A DNA stretch of 64,000 nucleotides, from positions 18,540 through 82,539 of IMG/VR virus record IMGVR_UViG_3300010354_000060, one strand, 5' to 3'. Source of the DNA: a virus. The position numbers were made by a program, and so were the translations under genes. The notes under the pieces are model-generated. The model was not told where the DNA came from, searched no databases, and saw only the letters and a list, made by a program, of their open reading frames with translations. Each line of letters begins with the position of its first letter. The stretch's first letter is position 1. Of the stretch, positions 56,586-64,000 are shown in pieces.

Positions 56586-56990
56586 TTACTTAGGTCCTGC
56601 GGTATTATGATCATAGCTGCTACCAAGGCGAGCAACCAAATATCCATCATCATCAATGAAGTAAGTCAAGTTTCTAAAATCAAATCTATACTGTTGATAT
56701 TTATCTGCTGGGTGATTCTTATAAGTTTTATCTTCCGTCGTCTCATCAACATAGTCAACACCATCAAGAAAACCAGGATATTGGGTTCCGTCAGTTCTAT
56801 GAAAATCAGCAGTTTCAGAGGAATCAGTAGATCTTACCTTAGTATACCAAAGCATTCCATCATCAGAATCAGTGGCAGAGCCACCACCTCTACGTAATGC
56901 ATGAACGAAAAAATCGGTAAGTTGAGATACCATTTTTCCGCTTCCTCCCCCAGAGGAAGAAGCCGCTATACCACTTAAGAACATTGTCAT
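56586..56990 (-). CDS. Hypothetical virion protein
   Basis: FFVHALRR..DGMLWYTKV..YQQYRFD..YFIDDDGYLVAR; start set at the ATGA overlap. Confidence 0.6.
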   Translation of the reverse strand: MTMFLSGIAASSSGGGSGKMVSQLTDFFVHALRRGGGSATDSDDGMLWYTKVRSTDSSETADFHRTDGTQYPGFLDGVDYVDETTEDKTYKNHPADKYQQYRFDFRNLTYFIDDDGYLVARLGSSYDHNTAGPK

Positions 56991-57436
56991 GCAAATACCC
57001 TCCAGTAAGAACCTTCCCAAACTAGCTCAACCGAAGCACCAGACACATCACATACTAAAGGGGAATCAACAAGTCCTTCAAAATCCTTAAATTGTTGGCC
57101 AGATTGGGCGTTTACTATAAGATTATTTATACTCCAGTAAGATTCGGAATCAATTAGTTTTATGTAGTCACCAACTGTTACCAATGAAGGTAAAGTAACT
57201 TCAAATGCACCACCACTGGTATCTGCAAGGTATTTTACATTTGAATTTAAGTTTGAAGTTACAGCAATTCCAGTGTATCTTGCTTTAGAAACTTCATATC
57301 CACCAACGGTAGTTCCATCATGAACTCTAATTACTTTTTTAGTAGTATCAACAGTTACCTCAGCTAACGCACCAGTAAAACTGGCATGTTCTACTTCAGT
57401 ACCCTTTCGTAGTTGTACTCTTTTTGTATTTGACAT
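56987..57436 (-). CDS. Tail fibre protein with Mtd-like N-terminal domain and gp34-like repeat
   Basis: VQLRKGT..H..FTGA.AEVTVDT......HDG.T.GG plus YLADTSGGAF.VTLP..GD.I..ID. Confidence 0.65.
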   Translation of the reverse strand: MSNTKRVQLRKGTEVEHASFTGALAEVTVDTTKKVIRVHDGTTVGGYEVSKARYTGIAVTSNLNSNVKYLADTSGGAFEVTLPSLVTVGDYIKLIDSESYWSINNLIVNAQSGQQFKDFEGLVDSPLVCDVSGASVELVWEGSYWRVFA

Positions 57437-57464
57437 CGCAGGGGTTTTATTATAATTTTATTTA

Positions 57465-60400
57465 TTATATGACGTAAATCCTTGTTGGGCGTGGTGGAAC
57501 ATAAACGACATACTTATCGTTAACAACTGCACCGTTAATGTCAATAAGAGTGGATCCGTTGTAAGTTGTTGGTGTGAACGATTCCGTTGCAGCACTGCTG
57601 ATCTGGAATAGAACCTTGGTAAGTTCGTATCTGTAGAGGAATGATAGTGAGGAACCAGAGAGAGTGGAAATTTTTCCTGTTCCCTGGTATGCTTCGGTAT
57701 TCTTCTCGGTTGCAGAACCAGAGAATGTGAAGATTGTTGCTGCCTTTGGTGCTGCAGCAAATGCTTCCGTCTTGCTGACGAACGTGAAGAGAGATCCAGA
57801 TCCAACATAAGTTGGGAATCCACGAGATACATCTGCAGATCCAGAAACTCTGAAGAGTGCCGTCTGTTCTGGTGGGTTGACAACAGATGCTTCTGTTTTG
57901 CTGACAAACGTGAAGAGAGATCCAGTTCCCTGATATGCCTCGGTGTTCTTCTCCGTTGCAGAACCAGCAATCTGGAATAGACCAGATACTGGTGGATTTG
58001 CTCCAGTTGCTTCGGAGGATCCAGTGAAGGAGAAGATGCGACCAGAACCTTCGTATGGTGGGAAAGTGCGGTAAACTCTGACAGCACCAGTAATTCTGAA
58101 GAGACCCTTCGCAGACTCGGCATTGCTGACTGCCTCTGTCTTGCTGACGAATGTGAAGAGAGATCCAGTTCCAGTATAAGATTCGGTATTCTTCTCTGCC
58201 GCAGCACCAGAAATTCTGAAGAGACCCTTTGCAGATTCTGCATTGGTTTCGGATTGAGTTGCACTGACGAATGTAAAGAGTGAACCAGTTCCATTGTAGG
58301 ATTCTGTGTTCTTCTCTGTAGCAGAACCAGTGATCTTGATTCTTCCAAATACTGCAGGATTTGCCCCAGCAGATTCCGTCTTGCTGACGAATGTAAACAG
58401 TGAACCAGAACCAATATGAATATCGGTCTGACTTTCGGCAGCAGAACCAGAGATCTTGAAGAGTCCAGAAGTATCTGCAGATACCTTGAAGATCTGAGAA
58501 GATCCACCGATACCAAATAGAGAACCAGAACCAACGTAAGATTCTGTATTCTTCTCGGTTGCAGAACCAAAGAGTTTTGCCTCCACTGTTGTGGCAGGAA
58601 CTCTTGCTGTTTCTGAAGAAGTGGAAGCACCTTCAATTCTAAAGAGCGCAATTCTTTCTGGTGGATTGGATCCAGTTGCCTCTGCAGATCCAGTAATTGC
58701 AGAGAATTGTCCAGAACCAAAGTGCTTAAGTCTGAATATTGGAACAGCAGCACCAGAGATAGTAGGTCCACCAGAACCAATCTGATAGCGACTGAATTCA
58801 ACTTTGGTCGCTGCGCCAGTAATATTAATAGAACCAAAGGAAGATTCAGTAACGTTATAATTAAAGTTCCTCTGATAAGTAACATTACCAATAATTCTGA
58901 AGAGTTCAATTCCTCTGGTTGGTTTCTTGACAGTTGCTTCACCGCCAACACCATTCTTGAATAGGGATCCAGAACCAAAGTGCTTGAGTCTGAAGATCGT
59001 AACACCGCGAGATCCATCTCCAGTGAGACCTGGGGAACTCTGCCCAAGATTAATACTACCAGATCCAAAGTGAGCAAGAGTTGCCTGAATATTTGTAGCT
59101 TCACCAGTAATCTTGAAGAGTGCCGTAGACTCTGGTGGGTTGGATCCAGTGACTTCGGCACCTGCACCGAAACCAAACATTCTTCCAGATCCAGAAGTGC
59201 GGATCTGGAACTTAGGAACAACAGAACCAGAAACAAGTAGACTACCACTACCAATATGAATTGGTGTGACGTATACTCCAGCCTCACCAGCGACAGTAAG
59301 TTTACCACCAGCAACAACAGATAGAGAAGCTGGGGTTAGTGCCTGACCTTCAATCTGAAGTTGACCGAATGGTAAGCGAGTCTCAAAGTCAGTAATTAAT
59401 CCATAATCTTTCTTCTGCCATGGCAGACGAATATCAAGATCAGTAATTAGACCATAATCTTCTTCTGGATCTGGAACATAATCAGGTGCTGCAGAAACAA
59501 ATCCATAGTCCAGACAATCTGGAGCAACGACAGAGGATTCGTTGTAGGCATAAGATACTCTCTCAACATGTCCACTGATGGTGAAGAGAGATCCAGTACC
59601 ATTATATCCGTATGCTCTCTGCTCATTAGTGGCAGCACCAGTAATCTTAAAGAGTGCTGTAGACTCTGGTGGGTTGGATCCTGTTGCGTATGTTGTTCCA
59701 ACAATACCAAATAGAGTTCCTGTTCCAACATGAGTTGCTGGAACAGTTGCTTCTGCTGCACGACCAGTGACTTTGAAGAGTGCTGTTTCTGTAGCAATCT
59801 GAGGAGCAGTTGCTTCTGCTGCACCAGCGAATCCAAATAGGGATCCTGCACCAATAATTTTTGGAGAGAACGCTGGGACAGTTGCAGTATAAAGTCTGAA
59901 TGCACCAGAACCAATATGAATTGGTAATACATATACCTTCGCTTCCCCAAGAACCCTAATGGTTCCAGAACATAGGGGAGCAGGTGAATTAACAATTCCA
60001 CTTTCAGACTTGATCTGGAATCTTCCAAATGGAAGTCTGGTTTCATTGTCAGTTATGTATCCATAATTAGCAAACTGCCATGGATAATTTAGAGCAGTAT
60101 CACCAATTGTTAAGTAGTCATCTTCAGAAACTGGAGATTCTGTGATGAATCCATAGTCATCACAATCAACAATTACAACGGAAGATTCGTTATAACTGTA
60201 TGCTACAGACTCTGTATGACTAATAAAGGAGAATAGAGATCCTCTACCAACATAAGAGTTGACAGAAGTTTCTTTTGAATTACCACCAGAGAATCTAAAG
60301 AGGGATGTATCCCCCGTTTTCTCTACATTAGATTCTGAATAAGTGGTGCTTGAAAGTCCGAATAGAGAACCAGATCCAACATGTGAAGCTGGTGAGAAGG

Positions 60401-61016
60401 AATGAGAGGTGGTGCTGGTAAGTTTGAAGAGACCACCACCTCCCTGTTCAGGAGCATTAACAATTGTAGTGCTGACAAAAGTAAACAGCGATCCTGTTCC
60501 CACAACTTGTGGGGAGAAGGCAATTGCTGCATCACCTCTAGCCAGGAACGAACCTCTACCAATATGAATTGGTAATACGAAGATTTTGGCAGCGCCAAAC
60601 ATTGCAAAAGTAACACCACCAACGCTGTTTCTTAAGAGAGTTACATCAGCAAACTCTGTGATATTACCAATACTACCAAATGGTTTAATAGTTGTATCTG
60701 GAGTTAAGAAACCATAGTCAATACGTTGATATGCATAATTTGTGGTATCTGTAACTAATCCAAAGTCATCATCAAGTGTATGTAATTCGGAAATGAATCC
60801 ATAATCAGTAGATTCTAATCCAACTACAGCAGAATCATCATATGAATATGCTCTTTGTTCTTCAAGTTCTTCAGAATATGATGAGATTTTAAACTCAGGA
60901 TCTCCTATAAAAGTAAAATCAGACAGCAAAACGGAGGAATAGTCGCTAATCGTTTCATTAGCGTAAAGACTAATCCTACGGCTATCTAACCCAGTTGTAT
61001 AGGAGAATACTGTCAT
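57465..61016 (-). CDS. Repetitive virion structural protein (1183 aa)
   Basis: About 40 aa repeats (ATEKNTE.Y.G.GSLFTFVSKTE..NPP..LF.I.G) and N-terminal acidic DYG repeats. Confidence 0.7.
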   Translation of the reverse strand: MTVFSYTTGLDSRRISLYANETISDYSSVLLSDFTFIGDPEFKISSYSEELEEQRAYSYDDSAVVGLESTDYGFISELHTLDDDFGLVTDTTNYAYQRIDYGFLTPDTTIKPFGSIGNITEFADVTLLRNSVGGVTFAMFGAAKIFVLPIHIGRGSFLARGDAAIAFSPQVVGTGSLFTFVSTTIVNAPEQGGGGLFKLTSTTSHSFSPASHVGSGSLFGLSSTTYSESNVEKTGDTSLFRFSGGNSKETSVNSYVGRGSLFSFISHTESVAYSYNESSVVIVDCDDYGFITESPVSEDDYLTIGDTALNYPWQFANYGYITDNETRLPFGRFQIKSESGIVNSPAPLCSGTIRVLGEAKVYVLPIHIGSGAFRLYTATVPAFSPKIIGAGSLFGFAGAAEATAPQIATETALFKVTGRAAEATVPATHVGTGTLFGIVGTTYATGSNPPESTALFKITGAATNEQRAYGYNGTGSLFTISGHVERVSYAYNESSVVAPDCLDYGFVSAAPDYVPDPEEDYGLITDLDIRLPWQKKDYGLITDFETRLPFGQLQIEGQALTPASLSVVAGGKLTVAGEAGVYVTPIHIGSGSLLVSGSVVPKFQIRTSGSGRMFGFGAGAEVTGSNPPESTALFKITGEATNIQATLAHFGSGSINLGQSSPGLTGDGSRGVTIFRLKHFGSGSLFKNGVGGEATVKKPTRGIELFRIIGNVTYQRNFNYNVTESSFGSINITGAATKVEFSRYQIGSGGPTISGAAVPIFRLKHFGSGQFSAITGSAEATGSNPPERIALFRIEGASTSSETARVPATTVEAKLFGSATEKNTESYVGSGSLFGIGGSSQIFKVSADTSGLFKISGSAAESQTDIHIGSGSLFTFVSKTESAGANPAVFGRIKITGSATEKNTESYNGTGSLFTFVSATQSETNAESAKGLFRISGAAAEKNTESYTGTGSLFTFVSKTEAVSNAESAKGLFRITGAVRVYRTFPPYEGSGRIFSFTGSSEATGANPPVSGLFQIAGSATEKNTEAYQGTGSLFTFVSKTEASVVNPPEQTALFRVSGSADVSRGFPTYVGSGSLFTFVSKTEAFAAAPKAATIFTFSGSATEKNTEAYQGTGKISTLSGSSLSFLYRYELTKVLFQISSAATESFTPTTYNGSTLIDINGAVVNDKYVVYVPPRPTRIYVI

Positions 61017-61031
61017 AGTTTCTCTCTATGG

Positions 61032-61970
61032 TTATTGTAGATATCTGACAATGACTATTCCCGAACCACCAGTAGACCCGCTGGCATTGGGGGACCTTGA
61101 TCCGCCGCCACCGCCTCCAGTGTTTACAGTTCCAGCAACAGGTCCTGGCGATCCTTTTCCACCACCACCAGCACCACCAGCGCCAGGAGCTGAAGGGTTT
61201 GCTCCACCGCCTCCGCCGCCAGCAAAATATCTTCCTGGTGCTGGTCCAGGAGTTCCATAAGATACGGGAATTCCAGTATCTCCTTGAAATGCTGGCAAAC
61301 CAACACCACCTGCACCACCAGATCCACTAATATTTCCAACTCCCCCAGCTCCGCCAGCACCACCACCGCCGCCGCCAGATGCTTGCGCTGTAGTTGGTGC
61401 AGGACTACCTGCACCACCAGAATTTCCTTGTCCTGAAGTTCCAGCACCAGCACCCCCGAGAGGAGATCCTCCTCCACCACCAGATCCACCAGAAACTCCA
61501 GAACCATTAGGCACACCGCCATATCCACCACCTGTTGCAGTTAAGGTGGTGAATGTGGGGGGTCCAGAGATAGTTGTCGGAGTTCCATTAGAAATTCCAG
61601 TATTGCCTGATCCAGAACCACCAGCTCCCCCACCACCAACAGTAATCGTGTAAGTTCCTGCATTAAAACGCACATTGGTGTTAGATAAGTATCCTCCTGC
61701 TCCTCCACCTCCTGCAGCACCAGTACCAGATCCACCACCACCGCCGCCCCCAGCGACAACAATATAATCAAGAGTTCCACCATTCCCTACACGTAAAGTT
61801 CCTGGTGCGGTAAAAATATGATAACGATATCCATTACCTGGTGTAAAAATAGTTCCTCCATCTGCAGAAACTCTTGTGATATTCTGGGAGTGTTGTGTCT
61901 TACCCTTTCCACTCAAAAGATAATCACTAAGAGCAGTTCTTAATCCAAACTTAGCAGATCTAAAAGGCAT
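61032..61970 (-). CDS. Glycine-rich gp38-like adhesin
   Basis: YHIFT.PG..YIVVAGGGGGG..GGGGAGG..ITVGGGG..NTGGGGGG..GGSGIVIVRY. Confidence 0.75.
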   Translation of the reverse strand: MPFRSAKFGLRTALSDYLLSGKGKTQHSQNITRVSADGGTIFTPGNGYRYHIFTAPGTLRVGNGGTLDYIVVAGGGGGGGSGTGAAGGGGAGGYLSNTNVRFNAGTYTITVGGGGAGGSGSGNTGISNGTPTTISGPPTFTTLTATGGGYGGVPNGSGVSGGSGGGGGSPLGGAGAGTSGQGNSGGAGSPAPTTAQASGGGGGGAGGAGGVGNISGSGGAGGVGLPAFQGDTGIPVSYGTPGPAPGRYFAGGGGGGANPSAPGAGGAGGGGKGSPGPVAGTVNTGGGGGGSRSPNASGSTGGSGIVIVRYLQ

Positions 61971-61972
61971 TT

Positions 61973-62380
61973 TTATACCTCCTTATCGCCTAATACTACA
62001 ACATTAATTGGATTGGTTGCTGTTGCAATTCCAGAAAGTGTATAAGCATTTGTTCCTTCATTATAAACTTGAATACTATCTCCTGTATTTTGTAGCGTAA
62101 TGGGATATTGCAAATCGTAAAAAAATGTATCATCAGCACTTAAAGAAACTCTACCAATTCTATTTCCTGCTGTTGCTACACCTATAGATCCACCGCTATT
62201 TGGGACCATATAAATTTGAACTGTTTGTGCGATAGTAGAACTAATAGATCCACTAAAAGTATTACAAATCACAATGCTTCTAATATATGCAGTCTTTGCA
62301 GAACCAACACTATAAGCTGTTACTGTGGTTCCTGCACCAACTACAATTGGAAATCCTAAATTTGCCTTTGCAAGTGCCAT
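61973..62380 (-). CDS. Small beta-sandwich fibre adaptor protein
   Basis: YSV...TAYIRSIVICN..V.IY.VP..L...DT....PITL..GDSIQ..NVVVLG. Confidence 0.6.
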   Translation of the reverse strand: MALAKANLGFPIVVGAGTTVTAYSVGSAKTAYIRSIVICNTFSGSISSTIAQTVQIYMVPNSGGSIGVATAGNRIGRVSLSADDTFFYDLQYPITLQNTGDSIQVYNEGTNAYTLSGIATATNPINVVVLGDKEV

Positions 62381-62400
62381 TATATTTCCTTTTTAAATAT

Positions 62401-63894
62401 TTATGAGAATAACATTACTTCTAATAAATCAATTGATGCTGCTTCACCACCAGATGCATTAATTGTAACTTGTCCCGTTGAACCAGAAATTGTTACATTT
62501 GTTCCCGCAACAATAGAAGTTACAATGCCAGTTAAGTTAGTTCCAGAACCACTAAATGATGTTGCCGTTACAACACCAGCAGCATTAAAATTTCCTCCAT
62601 AATATAAAGGACCTGTTCCAGTTCTTCCTAATGCAACAGCATCAGAACTACCAAAAATAACAAACGCTCTGGTGCTATCTTGAGCACCAGAAAAACGTGT
62701 AGTATCTGCTGCATTAACATCGCCCAACCAAAAATCATCACCTATTCTTACATTTTGTCCGTTACCATTGTTTGATGTATAAACTTGATTTGCTGTAAGT
62801 ACGCCACTGATTGAAGGATTATTAGAAAGAGATATAGTTGCGGTTCCAGAAGAAAATGATGCTGTTAGATTTGTACTGAAATTTATAGTGCTAGCAGTTC
62901 CAACATTAGAACCTTGATTTTGTATTACAACACCACTACCTGATGCTATAATACCTGTAAGTAAAGAACCATCACCAGAAAATCTTGTAGCAGATACAGT
63001 ACCAGTGGTGCTGATTCCTAAATATACAACACCATTTGCCGCAGTTGCATCATCTTCTCTGAATATTCTAAAATTATTTGTTGAATCATTATCAATATTC
63101 CAACGATAAGCATTACCTGGTTTTGCTCTAAAAACAAGTCTACTGGTTGAACTAGAATCTTGTTGAATTTGTACTTTACCAAGAACTGTTAAAGCATCTG
63201 ATGGATTTGTGGTTCCAATACCAACATTAGAAAGTGTATTGATACCAACAGATGTTGTAACCCACTGACTTCCGCCACCGCCCCCACCAGTTGCAGTAAT
63301 CGTCACATTACCTGTGCTCTGGCTGATTGAAATCCCAGATCCAGCATCAATAGAAGTTACAATGCCAGTTAGTCTAACGCCAGAACCAGAGAATGAGTTT
63401 GCGGTTACAATACCAGAATAATTTGCATTACCCGTTTCTGTTAATGTAACTCCAGTTCCAACTATAACTTGATTATTCTTACCATCAAGAGTTAATGATC
63501 CAGTACCAATAGTCAAAATACCAGTAATTCTTGCGTCACCATTAACTACCAAATCTTCAGTAAAAGTTGAAGACGTACCTATTCTTGATAAAGTCGCCGT
63601 GATAACGCCAACGGTAATATTTGGAGATCCCGTAAGACCTTGTGCTATTGTTGCAATACCTGCTGTTGTTGCATACCCTGCGGTTATTGCTGTTGTGGAT
63701 ACCCCTGCTGTTGTAGCATAAGTAGAAATACCAGCAGATGTTGAGTAAGTTGATACTCCTGCTGTTGTAGCATAACCAGCAGTGGTAGAATATGAAGGAG
63801 TTACAGCCAATCCAACAACGTCCGTTGCGAGATTGTTAATCTCAACACGTTGTTGTTCAAATGTATAATCTGGACCTACGTAACGCAATACCAT
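62401..63894 (-). CDS. Tail fibre protein
   Basis: TFEQQR..IN N-terminus, YATTAG repeats, NVGIGTT, FSGSG..LTGIVTSI.AG repeats; AGGAG RBS. Confidence 0.75.
   Translation of the reverse strand: MVLRYVGPDYTFEQQRVEINNLATDVVGLAVTPSYSTTAGYATTAGVSTYSTSAGISTYATTAGVSTTAITAGYATTAGIATIAQGLTGSPNITVGVITATLSRIGTSSTFTEDLVVNGDARITGILTIGTGSLTLDGKNNQVIVGTGVTLTETGNANYSGIVTANSFSGSGVRLTGIVTSIDAGSGISISQSTGNVTITATGGGGGGSQWVTTSVGINTLSNVGIGTTNPSDALTVLGKVQIQQDSSSTSRLVFRAKPGNAYRWNIDNDSTNNFRIFREDDATAANGVVYLGISTTGTVSATRFSGDGSLLTGIIASGSGVVIQNQGSNVGTASTINFSTNLTASFSSGTATISLSNNPSISGVLTANQVYTSNNGNGQNVRIGDDFWLGDVNAADTTRFSGAQDSTRAFVIFGSSDAVALGRTGTGPLYYGGNFNAAGVVTATSFSGSGTNLTGIVTSIVAGTNVTISGSTGQVTINASGGEAASIDLLEVMLFS
63645..63795 (-). 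repeat. Tandem coding repeat (Y(A/S)TTAG / STY(A/S)T.AG(V/I))
   Basis: YSTTAGYATTAGVSTYSTSAGISTYATTAGVSTTAITAGYATTAGIAT; CCTGCTGTTGTAGCATA recurs in the DNA. Confidence 0.75.
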
Positions 63895-63909
63895 ACAAGT
63901 CTCCTACAA

Positions 63910-63946
63910 TAAAAAAATAGGAGGGATCGCTTTGGCAACCCCTCCA
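63910..63946 (-). terminator. Rho-independent terminator
   Basis: GGAGGGG TTGC CAAA GCGAT CCCTCC then TATTTTTTT. Confidence 0.7.
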
Positions 63947-63971
63947 TAATAAAGATATCGTTTTCAAAAAA

Positions 63972-64000
63972 TCAGTCGAGGCTGATATTCAGAGTAACCT
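63972..64000 (-). CDS. 3' end of an upstream gene (..VTLNISLD*)
   Basis: Open frame ending in TGA just before the terminator; only 29 nt visible. Confidence 0.4.

Noticed and set aside
56987-57436. Possible diversity-generating retroelement suggested by the Mtd-like N-terminus
   Set aside because: No reverse transcriptase and no TR/VR pair with adenine-specific mismatches seen; the domain is a common fibre attachment module.
57458-59317. 619 aa ORF overlapping the 1183 aa gene on the same strand in another frame
   Set aside because: Leu/Ser/Gln-rich shadow translation. The main gene avoids NTA/NTG codons in this repetitive region, which removes stops from the shifted frame; no credible RBS or domain.

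Overview
A 64 kb, AT-rich segment of a T4-like cyanobacterial myovirus (cyanophage, Kyanoviridae-like; inferred from T4 core homologues plus CP12, PhoH, a bilin reductase and a glutamine riboswitch). Most genes are on the minus strand. In order: large virion/fibre proteins, a four-tRNA cluster, and a baseplate hub region (gp5-like genes, CP12, tail lysin, tape-measure-like gene, gp51/gp26). Then an inverted gp4-gp2-gp48-gp53 block, replication and metabolism genes (gp32, gp59, gp33, exonuclease, phoH, thyX, speD, bilin reductase, glutaredoxin), and a long tail-fibre region. Main candidates for new biology: (1) a late-promoter ADP-heptose pathway + carbamoyltransferase + GT9-like transferase operon next to three very Cys-rich gp38-like adhesin paralogues, a possible virion glycosylation system; (2) a fully configured candidate programmed -1 frameshift fusing gp26 to gp51; (3) a tandem glutamine riboswitch over two small ORFs missing from the ORF track; (4) a promoter- and terminator-bounded ~60 nt sRNA; (5) a tRNA-Leu(UAA) without its long variable arm; (6) a PebA-like bilin reductase with Glu at a catalytic Asp position. 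All calls come from motif recognition by eye; no database searches were run.
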